Positions 21,120 to 33,719 are shown, numbered from the stretch's first letter. The stretch: DNA of 64,000 bases from Methanomassiliicoccaceae archaeon (GCA_040776945.1 JAXGZN010000002.1:320001-384000); one strand, 5' to 3'. Notes: a model not told the origin generated them from the letters alone. Translations and numbers: made by a program.

Positions 21120-21387
21120 TTATTCTATGCCCCCGATTTATTTTGGAGCGTCCGATATATAATATTTATTGGAAAATATTTTTTTACTCCGCGTACGGCA
21201 CGCACCTTAATGTTCACCCCACCGCCGGCCGGCGAACAGGCCGCAATATAGGCTGGATGCCGATCTCGTTTTCCAATGTGAGGCCCTTGGGGATGCAAGG
21301 CAAAATGCCGTCAGTGAAAGATATGGTTGAAAAAGGAACGGTCGAGGCCGGAGGGCCCCGACATACGTTGGCAGCGTCCCGATCGGC

Positions 21388-22425
21388 CTATCTGCGGAAC
21401 GCCTTGGTCGCCGTCGCCATCGCTCGGAGGTTGGCGGTAGGCGTTTCAGGCGGCAGCGCGCATCCCGGATGGATCACCTGGAACCCGGCGTCGATGCACC
21501 GCAGCGTGTCGCGCCTCACCTGCTCCGGCGTTCCGAGCATCAGCGGCTCCACGGGTCCAACGTTCCCGATGACCGCTGTCCTGCCAGCGACCTGCTCCAT
21601 GGCCTTGTAGGGATCGACCTTCTGCTCGATGGACAAGGCGATCGCTCCCGTCTGCGCCATCAGGGGCAGGTGCTCGGTGGTATCGCCGCATATGTGGAGG
21701 CAGGCGTTCGCCCCGGCCTCCTCGATCGCCCTCATCTCCACCTTCAGGTACGGCAATGAGTACTCCTCGAACATCTCCGGGGAGATGAGGTCCCCGGAGG
21801 CGGTCGGCTCGCCCGGCATGACCGAATCGCAATCGTCGATGTAGCCCGCCGCCAGCTCGGCCTTGTACGCTTCAGCGCTGTACTCGGCGCAGAACCTGAG
21901 GAGCTTCTTCACCTCGTCCGGTTCCATGGCGATCTGCATCATCAGTTCCTCCGTGCCTATCAGATGTCCGGCGTTGGTGAGCGGACCCCACGAGGTCACC
22001 ATCGTCACCGCGGTGTCCTTACCGGCGAGCTGCCGGGCCCTCTTGAACGCGCTGACGGTGCGGACGACCGCCGGGTGCTTCACATACCTGTCCATGTCCG
22101 GCATCTGATAATCGTCGCCGAGCTTGAACAGCGGCTGCCTGAGATACGGTATGCCCTTGCCCTCCTGATAGTTCACATCGGCGCCCAAGGCCTCAAGGTG
22201 CGTCCACACGGTGAACAGATTAAGGTCCTCGAAGCCGCACATATCGTGCTCCGCCTTCGCCAGCTTGGCCAGCGCATTGCCGTCCTGCCACATTGTTGCC
22301 GGGTCGATGCCCGCGTTCACGATGCCGTCGACGGTGATGGCGCCAGTACAGGTCACTGCCGGCCGTTCCAACACCTCTCTGTTGATGGAGGCTAGATACC
22401 TCTGTCTCTCGGTCATTGCGGCCAT
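21388..22425 (-). CDS. Methylcobamide:CoM methyltransferase (MtaA/MtbA family)
   Basis: URO-D-like fold features with zinc ligands LHICG and PGCAL; GGTGAGG RBS; ends in TAG. Confidence 0.88.
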   Translation of the reverse strand: MAAMTERQRYLASINREVLERPAVTCTGAITVDGIVNAGIDPATMWQDGNALAKLAKAEHDMCGFEDLNLFTVWTHLEALGADVNYQEGKGIPYLRQPLFKLGDDYQMPDMDRYVKHPAVVRTVSAFKRARQLAGKDTAVTMVTSWGPLTNAGHLIGTEELMMQIAMEPDEVKKLLRFCAEYSAEAYKAELAAGYIDDCDSVMPGEPTASGDLISPEMFEEYSLPYLKVEMRAIEEAGANACLHICGDTTEHLPLMAQTGAIALSIEQKVDPYKAMEQVAGRTAVIGNVGPVEPLMLGTPEQVRRDTLRCIDAGFQVIHPGCALPPETPTANLRAMATATKAFRR

Positions 22426-22594
22426 ATCCTCACCTATAACTCATATTAACAATTGTTTTCCATTTATCTATATCTTTTCCTCTCGGCCGATCGGACTGAG
22501 ACCACAACGCCGCATGCATCGCGCCTGCCAGGGGTGTTCAAGAGACGGCGTGCCGTCTCAGAACGCATGGTTCGATGCTTGGCCGGGCAATCTC

Positions 22595-23713
22595 TCATCC
22601 GTTGATCGTGAAGTAGAACGTCGTCCCCTTCCCGATCTCCGACTCGAACCACACGTGTCCGCCGTGCCTCTCCACGATCTTCTTGACCGTGGCCAGCCCC
22701 ATGCCCGTTCCCGGGTACTCATCCTGGGAGTGCAGGCGGGAGAACATCTTGAACAGCTTGTCCGCGTACTTCGGATCGATGCCGATGCCATTGTCCTTCA
22801 CGGAGAATCGCCACCCCTCCTCATCGCTTACGGCCGATAGATGCACGGCGGGCGGCTCCGGACCGTGGAACTTCAGAGCGTTGGCCACGAGATTCTGGAG
22901 AACCTGCACCATCTGCGAACGGTTTGCGTTCACCGTCGGCAGCGGATCGCTGGATATGGCCGCGCCCAGCTCGAGCACGGTGGCGCCAAGGCTCTCCTTT
23001 ACCTGTTCCAGGACCTCATTCATGTTCACAGGCCCGCTTTCAACGCGCCCCTGGTCGATGCTCGAGTACCGCAGCAGGTCGTCGATCAGACTGGCCATGT
23101 GCAGAGAGCCTCGGACGGCATGGGCGATGTACTCCTCGGCCTTCTGGTCCAGGACCTTGCCTCTGTACTTCTGCTGTAAAAGCTGCAGAAAAGCGGAGAC
23201 GGTGTTCAGGGGTGATTTCAGATCATGGGAGGCGAGATGAGCGAAATTAGTTAGGTCCTCGTTAGAGCGGTTGAGCGCCCTGACGTTCTCCTCCAGTCTC
23301 CGGTTGAGGTCCTCAAGCTCCAGCCTGGTCCTCTCCAAGTTCTCGTTGTTACGTTTCAGCTCGCCGTTCAGCCGTCCGAGCTTGACGGTCTGTCCGACGA
23401 TGTAGGATCCCAGGATGGTGGACGTGATCAGCGCCAAGATCGTGAACGCGAGGTCCGATGCGCTGTAGGCGCCGATGCCTGATCGCGCGAGGTAGAACCC
23501 GGCGATGGACAGGGCAACCGTGAGCAACCCCATCAGCAGGACGTGGGACCTCTTTATTCCATAAAAGGAGACGATCATTATCGGCACAATGTAAAGGACC
23601 GGGTCCGGGGCGCCCTGCGGCATCGTAATGTCGAACAGGAATATGGGGATGCACAAGAGGAACGAGAGGAAGACGACAATGGAACGAAACCGCTCCCCGG
23701 TCAGCTTCGACAT
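22595..23713 (-). CDS. Membrane-bound sensor histidine kinase
   Basis: N-terminal TM helices, coiled coil, ASHDLKSPL, NALKF, DNGIG and GTGMGL motifs. Confidence 0.92.
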   Translation of the reverse strand: MSKLTGERFRSIVVFLSFLLCIPIFLFDITMPQGAPDPVLYIVPIMIVSFYGIKRSHVLLMGLLTVALSIAGFYLARSGIGAYSASDLAFTILALITSTILGSYIVGQTVKLGRLNGELKRNNENLERTRLELEDLNRRLEENVRALNRSNEDLTNFAHLASHDLKSPLNTVSAFLQLLQQKYRGKVLDQKAEEYIAHAVRGSLHMASLIDDLLRYSSIDQGRVESGPVNMNEVLEQVKESLGATVLELGAAISSDPLPTVNANRSQMVQVLQNLVANALKFHGPEPPAVHLSAVSDEEGWRFSVKDNGIGIDPKYADKLFKMFSRLHSQDEYPGTGMGLATVKKIVERHGGHVWFESEIGKGTTFYFTING

Positions 23714-23820
23714 CGTTCTGTGAAGGGAAGTAAGTGCTTATCTACTATCGCGTAGGCCGGTCCGCGATGTGCAAAGAAATCGCTGCCACATCGCCCTCCC
23801 GCCTTGCCTGGCGAGCAGGC

Positions 23821-26108
23821 TCATGATGGAACGGTGAAGTGGAACGTCGTGCCCTCGCCCGGCACGCTCTCGAACCATATGCGCCGCCGTGCCTCTCCAC
23901 GATCCTCTTCGCTATGGCCAGCCCCATTCCGGTACCTGGATACTCGTCCCTGGTGTGCAGCCGGGAGAACATCTTGAACAGGCGGTCGGCGTGCTTCATG
24001 TCGATGCCAATGCCGTTATCGCGCACAGAGAAGACGATCTCGCCATCGACATTGCGGGACGATATCTCCACTCTGGGCGGCCGCTCGGAGTGGAACTTGA
24101 CGGCGTTCGAGAGGAGGTTCTGCATCAGGTGGATTAGCTGCGCCCGGTCGCCGTTGACCGTCGGCAGTTCGTTGACTACGATCTCCACGCCGCTCTCCGC
24201 GATCGACGAGCGTAGGACGCGAAGCGCCCTGTCCGCCACCTCGTTCATGTCCACCGGAGCGAAGCTCTGGCCCGCGGTGCCTACACGGGAGGACTCCGGC
24301 AGGTCGTCTATCAGCTCCCTCATTCGCGCCGTGCCGTCCAGAATCAGCCTGAGGTGTTCCCGCCCCCGTTCGTCCAGATTGCAGGACGCATCCCTCGCCA
24401 GCAGGTCGGCGAAGAAGGAGGCGGTCCGCAGCGGCTCCTGGAGGTCGTGAGAGGCCACGTAGGCGAACTGCTGCAGCTCCTCGTTGGAGCGCTCGAGCTT
24501 CTCGTTCGCTTTCCGAAGCGCTTCATTGTACTGCATGCTCTCGGTGACATCCCGGACCACTCCGCTACTCAAGACCCTTCCGTCGGCCGCCCGGATCACC
24601 GTGAACCGGTCGGACAGCCAACGGTAGCCTCCGTCTGTGGCCATGAACCGGTAGATCACGCTGCCCCTTCCGGCGGCGATGGAGCGCTCGAGCTCCGCGG
24701 CGACAGTCCCGCGATCATCGGGATGGATCCGTTCCAGCAGTTGGTGCATGCTCAAGGACATCATCTCCGCCACCGTCAGGCCGAGCATCTGCTCGATGAC
24801 CGGGCTCATGTAGTCATAGCGGTCGACAGCGAGGTCGCGCCGATATACGGCGTCCGCCGAGCTCTCCACGACCGCCCGGAGACGCTCCTCGCTGTCCTTT
24901 AACGCATCCTCCTGCCGCTTCCGCTCGGTGATGTCCTCATAGGTGCCGAGGACGCCGATGATCCTGCCGTTCGGATCGCGCAGCGGCAGCTTGCTGGTCC
25001 TCAGGACCAACCGCCCCCCGTCGGCCTGCACCTGCGGCTCCTCGTAGCTAAGCTTGGGAACGCCGGTCCTGATGATCTCGCGGTCGTCCGCCCGGTAGAT
25101 GTCCGCCGATGCCTTCCAAGCAAGGTCCAGATCGCTCTTGCCCACGATGTCCTCAGGGTCCGAGAGGCCCGCCTGCCTGGCGGCCACCCGGTTGCATCCC
25201 AGGTAGTTCAGCTCCAAGTCCTTCCAGAACACCGGGAGGGGCACTGTGTCCAGCACCTGCTTCAGCATAGATCGGGAGCGCAGGGCGGCCTCCTCCGCCC
25301 TCTTCCGCCCGGTGACGTCGTGGCCCACCACCAGCGCCCCCACCGGCCGCCCTTCCTCCATGTCGAAACGCATCTTCAGGGCGGCATCTATCCTTCCGCC
25401 GTCCTTTCTGATGACCACGTAATCCGCGGAACTCTCTATGTTCTCACCGGAGAGCGCCCTCTTGACCCGCTCCTTGAACCTTCTTCCGCTCTCCTCGTCC
25501 AGCAGGTCGATGGCGCTCATGGAGAGAAGTTCGTCCCGAGAATAGCCGGTCAGCTCGCTCATCGCGTCATTCACGCTCTTGAGCCTGCCGTCCCGGAAGT
25601 CGATCTCATAGATGGCCGTCGGGGCATGCTCCAGCAGGAGCTTGTACCGCGCCTCGCTCTCCCTGAGCGCATCCTCCATGCGCTTCCGTTCGGTCACGTC
25701 CCTCGATATGACGCCAACCTTCCCCGGACCGAACCTGAAGATGATGCTCTCGAAGCAGCGGTCGATCCGGGGATTGTACACCTCCCGTCTCTCCCCCTCT
25801 CCCGTTCTCTCGACCCGGCCGTAAGCATCGAAGAACCCCTGCCCCAAGGTGGCCCTCAGTTCCGTAATCTGCTCCCCGATCCTCTCGCGGGCCTCGTGCC
25901 CCAAGAGCCTCTCCGTCGCCAGGTTGGTTTCACGGAGGATGACGTCCACCACAGTGCCGCCCGCGTCCCTCAACAGCTCGAAGATGAAGAACGGGTCCAT
26001 CATGTGCTCGTAGAAAGGATGGTACCTATCCCTCAGCTCATGCTCGTCCTCCGGCGCCCCATTTCCTTTGCCGGCCTGCTCCTTCTCTTGGTAGTTCACA
26101 AGCCGCAT
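23821..26108 (-). pseudogene. Multi-PAS sensor histidine kinase with 1-nt frameshift near C-terminus
   Basis: About four PAS domains and ASHDLQEPL. After ERHGG the conserved tail IWFESVPGEGTTFHFTVPS* (TGA 23821-23823) is in another frame. Confidence 0.8.
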
Positions 26109-27451
26109 CCCCTTGGAGTCGATGGCCTAAACGGACCTTATTGGACGGAACGGCCCCGCATCCACCGCAATATCGATTTACGATGTAATAATCACATTGC
26201 TCGGACCGGTTTGAGTACCGCCGTCCTGCAGGTGCCCCCCCATCCTTCCCTTGACCGCCCCCGGCAATGGGGGCCGCCCCCTGGGCGGCCCATGCCGATG
26301 CCTTCACCGTGAGAACGAGAGAGGCCCCGGCCATGCGCGTTCGGCAGGAATGGGGCACGGGGACAAAGGTCCGCGGGCCGGCTGGGCTAAGGAATTGAGG
26401 GACGACCCCTCGCCTGACAGGGAATCTCCGCCCAGGCCGGCAAAACCTATTCAGCTTACAAGATATAAAGAAGTTCATGTCCGGGGAACAAAAAGTGGCC
26501 AAGGATGCCCGTTCCGAAATTTTGCGGCCTGCTGCCGCATGACCTTGGGATCATTTAGGCGCGATAGCTTGGAGGAGGCTTGGCATCCCCGGCCGATGAG
26601 GGTCCGTGAACGCTCCAAGTATTAGAACCCTGGGCCGTTCAGGGACGACAAGGGGTCCGCAAGACCGAGCATCGGGCGGGCCGGTGCGAGAAGATGGCCA
26701 AGGAACGGGCATCGACGGACCGGCAACTTGAGCGATGATCGGCCCCGGCCCGAAGGGAGGCGGAGAAGGCATCGGCCATCATCTTGCCGAGCGGCGGCCC
26801 GATCTCCCCTTCAGATCGGTACTGAGGTCCCTCAAGCCCGGCGAAGGGGAGGCGGGCGCCGAAGGTCTGAACCGACAATGCAATGCGCACCTCGGCAGCA
26901 GGTGCCGACAACGGTCCACGCGCCTTTACCGAGGTCCCGCCGGCCAGACTGTCCGGGGCCAGGAGCGCCCGACAAGGGGGGGGCCTTAGAAGCAGGATGC
27001 CGCTTCCTTTTTTCTCTTGACCTCTCAGCGCAATGTACCATGGAGAGGAGATGGAATGGGAACCTCGAAGCTTGGCGGACCGCTCATCACCATAACCGCG
27101 CGGGTGATGGCCGTGGTGTTGATAGCCATAGTGGCCACGTTCCTCGGGCTGTCCCGCTTCGGGAAGGAGCGGGTCCGCCTCGACAGGCGCTTCCCCGCGG
27201 TGCGCGCAGATCCGCTCGAGCGCCCGATGCTTCGCGCAGAGGCCCGGACCGGGCAGGCGGCCGCGCACAAGCGCCGCATCGCCAGGCCGTCGAGCCTGAC
27301 GACAGGCGTTCCCGGGACAGGTCAGTGCGTACAGGGGGCATCGGTCCCCGCCGAGCGCTTCCTGCCCACTGGTCCCAGCGGCCGTTCGCATATTATCAAG
27401 AAATTAATAAAAAAATATAATTATAGAGCGGTCCTATCCATAATCGATCGG

Positions 27452-28261
27452 ATGCCATCGAAAGAACTGCTGGGCCGGGCCGGGGTGGCCTCGGAGTGGA
27501 TCGAGAGCAAGGACGTGCTCCTGGACATAGGGTGCAATGACGGCCTGTTCCTTTCGCAAGCGGCGCCGAGGTGCCGCCTGGCATGGGGTGTGGACATCGA
27601 CCATGAACTGCTCGGCAAAGCAAGCGCGATGTACCCCGCCATCAGGTTCCAATACGCCTCCGCGGACCGCCTGCCGTTCCCTGACGCCTCGTTCTCCGTG
27701 ATATCCATGCTCGACGTTCTCGAGCACCTGCCGGACACCAAGGCCGCCATGATGGAGGTCAACAGGGTCCTTTGCCCGGGAGGCCGGCTGATAATCTCCG
27801 TGCCCCACAAGGGCACCTTCGGCTTCGTGGACGCCCAGCGCTCGACCATGTTCGCCGCCGGGCGGAGGGTCCGCCTGGGCAAAATGGACGAGGTGCTGGA
27901 GCACCGCCACTACGTGCTGCAGGAGGTCTCCGAGATCCTCGGCCCCGGATACAAGGTGGAGCGCCTTCGATACGGCGGCTTCCTGCTGTTCCCGCTTTGC
28001 GGGTTCGCCCTTATGTTCACCGACGGCCTGGGGATGAAGAGGGCATCGCGCATCCTCCGCGTCGTAGAGGACAAGGACTTCAACATCGATTACGGGACGA
28101 GGAGCTGGCACCTTATGGTCGAGTACCGCAAGGCCGGCGAGTACCAAGCCCCGTCGCCGTTCCGCGGCTCGCCCATCGCAGCGAGCTCCTCCGACGCCCT
28201 GACGACCAGGGACAGCCGCCGTGCGGCCGCCGGGAAGAGGAATGCCCCCGACGGCGGATGA
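27452..28261 (+). CDS. Class I SAM-dependent methyltransferase
   Basis: LLDIGCNDG, LPFPDASF, VLEHLPD and LCPGGRL motifs; ATG 27452 follows an AT-rich promoter-like tract. Confidence 0.85.
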   Translation: MPSKELLGRAGVASEWIESKDVLLDIGCNDGLFLSQAAPRCRLAWGVDIDHELLGKASAMYPAIRFQYASADRLPFPDASFSVISMLDVLEHLPDTKAAMMEVNRVLCPGGRLIISVPHKGTFGFVDAQRSTMFAAGRRVRLGKMDEVLEHRHYVLQEVSEILGPGYKVERLRYGGFLLFPLCGFALMFTDGLGMKRASRILRVVEDKDFNIDYGTRSWHLMVEYRKAGEYQAPSPFRGSPIAASSSDALTTRDSRRAAAGKRNAPDGG

Positions 28262-28461
28262 GGCCCGGACGGAAAACGGCCTACGAACGAAGGCAGGGAC
28301 GGTTCCTCGGGAGAGCGGATGAGGCCAACTTACGCGCGCATGGAGCGAGGCGCTCGAACCTCATGCGGGGGCAACGGTCGGCTGTTCCGGCCACTCGACG
28401 CGGCGCCTGGCCGCGGCCCGTTACGGGAACCGGTCAAGACGCTGTGGCTTTGGTTCGGTGG

Positions 28462-29376
<915 letters not shown>

Positions 29377-29697
29377 GATAGCGGACCAGGGGAGAGGATG
29401 AGCATCCATCATAAAAATAGAACGGTCCGGAAATATCGGGGACGGGGGCGCTCGGTCATGAGTCGCATGCCTCCGAACCCAGGATGGGCCTCCCGGGCCG
29501 GAGAACGGCGGTGAAGCCGCCCGTCCAGCAATGCCGGGGCCCCTGCGCCGAACCCCCTTGCTCAAGATCGACCTCAATGAACGAGGGGCGCCCCCTATCA
29601 GGTCGGCCGACGGTCCCGCCCCGATCGCGCCGGCCAGGTTATGAGGCCGCCTAGGACAACCATTAAGGCGGCCAGCGTGGATTCTTGGCCGAGGGAC

Positions 29698-30150
29698 ATG
29701 AGGCCTGTGGACCTAAGCCACTGTTACGGCTGCGGAGCGGAGAACCCCAAAGGGTTCCATCTCAAGAAAGCCTACGCGGGCGACCGGTCCCGCATCGAGT
29801 TCGATGTGCTCCCGGAGCACAGCAGCTACCCGGGGCTGATGCACGGCGGCGTGACCTGCGTCCTCATGGACGAGGCCATGTACCATGCCGTCGCCCGCCT
29901 GGGCATCGAGGCGGTGACCACCTCCCTGACCGTCGAGTTCAAGAGCCCGGCCCTGGTGGGACAGCATCTGGTATGCGAGGCATGGGTGGTGGAGAGGGAG
30001 GGAAAGCGCATCGAGGTGCGGGCGGCATTGGTCGAGGCGGGGAGCGGCGCCGCCATCGCCGACGGCCGAGGGTCGTTCCAAGAGATCGACCTGGACAGAT
30101 TCATGCGCAAGCATTCCCCCGGCACGGACGCCCCGCCCGGCCGTGCATGA
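29698..30150 (+). CDS. PaaI-family hotdog thioesterase
   Basis: CYGCGAENPKG and HGGVTCVLMDE motifs. Confidence 0.88.
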   Translation: MRPVDLSHCYGCGAENPKGFHLKKAYAGDRSRIEFDVLPEHSSYPGLMHGGVTCVLMDEAMYHAVARLGIEAVTTSLTVEFKSPALVGQHLVCEAWVVEREGKRIEVRAALVEAGSGAAIADGRGSFQEIDLDRFMRKHSPGTDAPPGRA

Positions 30151-30255
30151 ACCTCGTTGCCGGCCTCGTCCACCGTTCCGGCACGGCCGCGCGTCCGCCG
30201 TCAAGCAGCTCTCCCGAGGACCAACGTTCCTGGGACGGGGGAGGCGCGACAGGGC

Positions 30256-30864
30256 TCAGCGCCCCGTCCGCATCCTGACGCGTTCGATATCGTGAGCCTG
30301 TGCAAAGTGCCCTTTCAGCTCGCTGTTGAGCGCGTCCTCGTCACTGGCGGCCATCGGGGCCTTGCACACGGGGCACAGGAACGCCGGCCCCCGCTCGCCC
30401 TCCGGACCGACCCTCGGATACCTCCACTGCCTTACCTGTTCGAAGAGCGGACCTACGTCCGCCGGCCCGGGCTCGCACATGGTCGAGGAGAACGTCCTGG
30501 TAACGCACTCCTCCCTGCTCTCGCCGGCCGCGGGCCTCCTGAGCTTGGTGACCGATTCGATCTCCCTCTCCGAGGCCGAAGATACCTCCGCCGCTCCCCG
30601 TCCGGAGAAGGCCGCCACCTCCCTCTCCTCCACGGTCTCCCCGCTACGAGGGTACTTGAGCCGCGCCACCTCCTCCACCAGCGCTCCGGTCCCTGCGGCA
30701 TAGGCCTCGGCCCGCTCCCCGCTGAGGGTCCTGACCTCCCGCTCCTCCTCCGTTTCCCGCCCGAAGAGGTCATGCTCCTCGTCCAAATGCTCCCTTAACC
30801 TGGCGCTCAGGACATCGACCCTTCCGCTCACGACCTCGCCGCATATTGGACATTTGACATCCAA
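30256..30864 (-). CDS. Hypothetical protein with two CxxC...H...H zinc-binding modules and internal repeats
   Basis: CPICG...LREHLDEEH and CPVCK...LKGHFAQAH, with ETxEEREV repeats in between. Confidence 0.7.
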   Translation of the reverse strand: MDVKCPICGEVVSGRVDVLSARLREHLDEEHDLFGRETEEEREVRTLSGERAEAYAAGTGALVEEVARLKYPRSGETVEEREVAAFSGRGAAEVSSASEREIESVTKLRRPAAGESREECVTRTFSSTMCEPGPADVGPLFEQVRQWRYPRVGPEGERGPAFLCPVCKAPMAASDEDALNSELKGHFAQAHDIERVRMRTGR

Positions 30865-31142
30865 GACCGATCACCGGCGGTCCTCTTCCTAGAGGATATA
30901 TAGGATGGTTGGGTCCGCGGCCCGCGGAGGGCCGCGCCCTTTTTCGATGGGTTCATTAACCATCGGATGGAGAACGTACTAATTTACCGGCCCCATCGTT
31001 CCAAGCCCCGCTCAACGGGCAGGCGGCAGCGCGCGTTCCGTCCGGAGGCCTGTCGCTGCCGCCCCCTTCCCCGCCGGCCCGGCCGCAAGATGCGGGGGCA
31101 GCAGCGTCCCCGGGAAAAGTCCATCTTCCGAACGAGGAGGCC

Positions 31143-31700
31143 TTATCCCCTGTAGCCCTTGCCTATGGAGAACGCCTTGCCGACCAGGCCGCCGACCTGG
31201 AAGTACTCGCCTCCGGAGTAGACGATTGGATCGATCTTCCCCGTGTCCGGCGAACCATCGGTCAGGCACTCTTCGTCCACGTGCACGTCGACGACCTCTC
31301 CGACGTGCAGGTTATGGCTCCCGAGCTCGAGGGTATGGCGCAGCTCGCACTCGATGTTCACCGGGAACTCGCAGATCAACGGGGCGCTCTTGAGCTTGCC
31401 GTAATAGGTCTCGAAGACCGCGGACTTGTCGGACCTGCCGCCGGACACCAGGCCGCAATGGTCGAGCCCCACCGCGCTCCTGGTGGATGGAACGTTCACG
31501 CTGAACGCGCGGTTCTCCTTGATGCCCTTCTCAGTATGCCTCGCCTTGTTGATGGCCACCGCGATCATCGGAGGGTCCATGCATGCCACGCTGGTCCACG
31601 CTGCGGTCATGAAGTTCGGCCTGCCGCCCACGTTGGCTCCGACAAGGACCACGGGCATGGGCGTCATGTACGGTCTGGGACCTAGAGATGCCTTGCTCAA
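31143..31700 (-). CDS. Flavin reductase family protein (flavoredoxin-like)
   Basis: PMPVVLVG, NFMTAAW, FSVNVP and LGSHNLHVGEV motifs. Confidence 0.9.
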   Translation of the reverse strand: MSKASLGPRPYMTPMPVVLVGANVGGRPNFMTAAWTSVACMDPPMIAVAINKARHTEKGIKENRAFSVNVPSTRSAVGLDHCGLVSGGRSDKSAVFETYYGKLKSAPLICEFPVNIECELRHTLELGSHNLHVGEVVDVHVDEECLTDGSPDTGKIDPIVYSGGEYFQVGGLVGKAFSIGKGYRG

Positions 31701-31866
31701 TCATCCACCTTCTGCCGCCGAAATGACCCCCACGTTTATTTAATGGCCTTGAGGAGGCGAAGGACCGCCGTCACAGGTCCTTGGGACGGTGGCCGTTTCG
31801 GCTCTGAGAATCGGGAAAGCACTTGCGGGACGACATGCTTATTAGGCCGCCGCGGATGGCCGAGGC

Positions 31867-32277
31867 GTGTACTGGACCGATCCCCTTATCGGAACCAAAT
31901 GGTGCCTATGGGCCATCGTGATCGACGGCGATCCGGTCGAAGGGGTTCCCGAGGCGTGGGGAAACATCACTCTTGAGAAGGGCGGACGGGCGACCGGGCG
32001 GGGGGGATGCAGCTGGTTCGTCGCCCACTATGTGCTCGATCGCCGGGGGATCCAGTTCGGTCCTCCGTCCCAGACCAGGATATACGGCGACCGTTACGGG
32101 GAGGTGGAGAGGGCCTTCCTGTGCGCGCTGGAGAGGGCGCGCACGTACACCGTGGAAGGCCACATGATGAAGATGTTCTCGGAGGACCAGCGCACCAAGA
32201 TGGCCTTCCTGGACCATCCGTTCGTTAAGAAGCGCGTGTTCCCCAACGGCAGAAGGGTCCTTCCCCGCATGAGCTGA
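31867..32277 (+). CDS. META-domain (HslJ-like) protein
   Basis: LIGTKW.L, GRGGC..F and ERAFL.AL pattern. Confidence 0.7.
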   Translation: MYWTDPLIGTKWCLWAIVIDGDPVEGVPEAWGNITLEKGGRATGRGGCSWFVAHYVLDRRGIQFGPPSQTRIYGDRYGEVERAFLCALERARTYTVEGHMMKMFSEDQRTKMAFLDHPFVKKRVFPNGRRVLPRMS

Positions 32278-32344
32278 TCGGTCGACGGACCGGGAGGCCC
32301 GTCCCGCTGGCGCCACGTCCTTTTTCGTTCCCGGCCGCCGTGGC

Positions 32345-32548
32345 CTACCTGGCCCTGGTCATTGACCTCGAGTACCTGGCGTCGGCGCAGGTCTTGGACC
32401 CTCTCACCACTCCTGCCGCGGTGCACTCTTTCCTCAGATCGCAGAAGGAGCATCTCTCCCACATCCTGGGCCGTCCTCTCCATACTACGGCTGGCCTGCG
32501 GTCCTCCGGCAGCTCATCCCTTGCCTTCATATCATTGTTCAGTTCCAT
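32345..32548 (-). CDS. Small Cys-containing hypothetical protein
   Basis: 67 aa with CSFC...C...C; purine-rich upstream sequence; ends in TAG. Confidence 0.45.
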   Translation of the reverse strand: MELNNDMKARDELPEDRRPAVVWRGRPRMWERCSFCDLRKECTAAGVVRGSKTCADARYSRSMTRAR

Positions 32549-32778
32549 AGCATCCCATCCCTTGCTTGCAATGTCCGCTCTGCCACATCTACTCTTCCCT
32601 CAGGGTCTCACCGCTCAGGAACAAGTGCGGCCGAGCACGGCGAACATCACGAGGACCGACCATGGGGGCGAAACACCTCCTCCGATCCCCCTGCCAGTGC
32701 AGCCTTGCCCGCCCTCCCATGGATATAGAGAACGCGGGCCGGAGAGGTCGCCGACACCCCCTCCTCCGTCAACCGGCC

Positions 32779-33354
32779 TCACGACGAGGAGATGTCGAAC
32801 CCCACCATGCGCGTCCAGGTCCTTGGTGCGTTGAACCCCAGCATCTCCCTGACCGCTCCGTCGGTAAGGGTGGTCATGCTGCCGGACGTCGCGTTCCTGA
32901 CCTCCTCGATATCGTCAAGATCGTGGATCGGCATCTCGTCCAGGAGGAAGAAAGGCTCGCCCTGGGGGACGCGGTCAGCATACATCACGAAGTCCTCGGA
33001 CATGAAGAAGGCGTCCGGGTTCTCCTTCCTTACCTGCTCCCTCCGTTCCGGGCCGAGATATTCGCCGAGTATCTGCCCGCTGGGGTCGGTCATGTATACG
33101 ATCCCCCGGAGGTCATTGTCAAGGACCAGCCGGTCCTTGCAGACGAGCACCATGCAGACATCGCGCCCGAGGACCGCCTGAACTCCCCGATTGACGTACT
33201 TCATCAGGCCTCCGGCGGCCCCGTTCCTCTCCGCGACTGCCTCGAAATGCCTGATCTGGGCCTTAAGCTCGCTGTCCAGGATGCGCACGGCAAGCACGCC
33301 GGGAACGGACCTCATCCTCTCCTCGACGGCCGCGACCACCGAACCATGGTCCAT
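32779..33354 (-). CDS. Hypothetical protein
   Basis: Host-like codon bias from MDHGSVV onward; the upstream part of the ORF-track call looks non-coding. Confidence 0.7.
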   Translation of the reverse strand: MDHGSVVAAVEERMRSVPGVLAVRILDSELKAQIRHFEAVAERNGAAGGLMKYVNRGVQAVLGRDVCMVLVCKDRLVLDNDLRGIVYMTDPSGQILGEYLGPERREQVRKENPDAFFMSEDFVMYADRVPQGEPFFLLDEMPIHDLDDIEEVRNATSGSMTTLTDGAVREMLGFNAPRTWTRMVGFDISSS

Positions 33355-33719
33355 GGCGAGTGCGAAGGGGCTGCAGCAAAATAAGGGTTCACCGCTCCAG
33401 CCCCGCCGAACCCTCATGCCCAAGGCCGGGACGCGCCCCGCCCTGCATGGGCATGGGGCCGCAAGGTCGTCACGGACGTCCAGAAGGGCGACGGCATAAT
33501 GCGCCATCTGGGGGCCGGGGCGTCCCGTCGGCAGGAAGCGCCGAAGGCTGGGAAAGAGAGGCCCGCGGTCCAGAAAACATATATGATGCGGACCTTGGCG
33601 GTCGGACGTTAGGTGGGGTTGATTCCCGACCTCATCGCGGACCGGGCGCGGAGGGATGTCCATCAATGCGGAAGCGGACGGGGCTCCGACTGAAATACAT
33701 CGAAGACCATAACGCGCAC

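Noticed and set aside
27017-28261. 414-aa membrane-anchored methyltransferase fusion
   Set aside because: An AT-rich promoter-like tract (about 27390-27430) lies inside the ORF just before ATG 27452. The upstream part is more likely a separate small ORF or a chance open frame.
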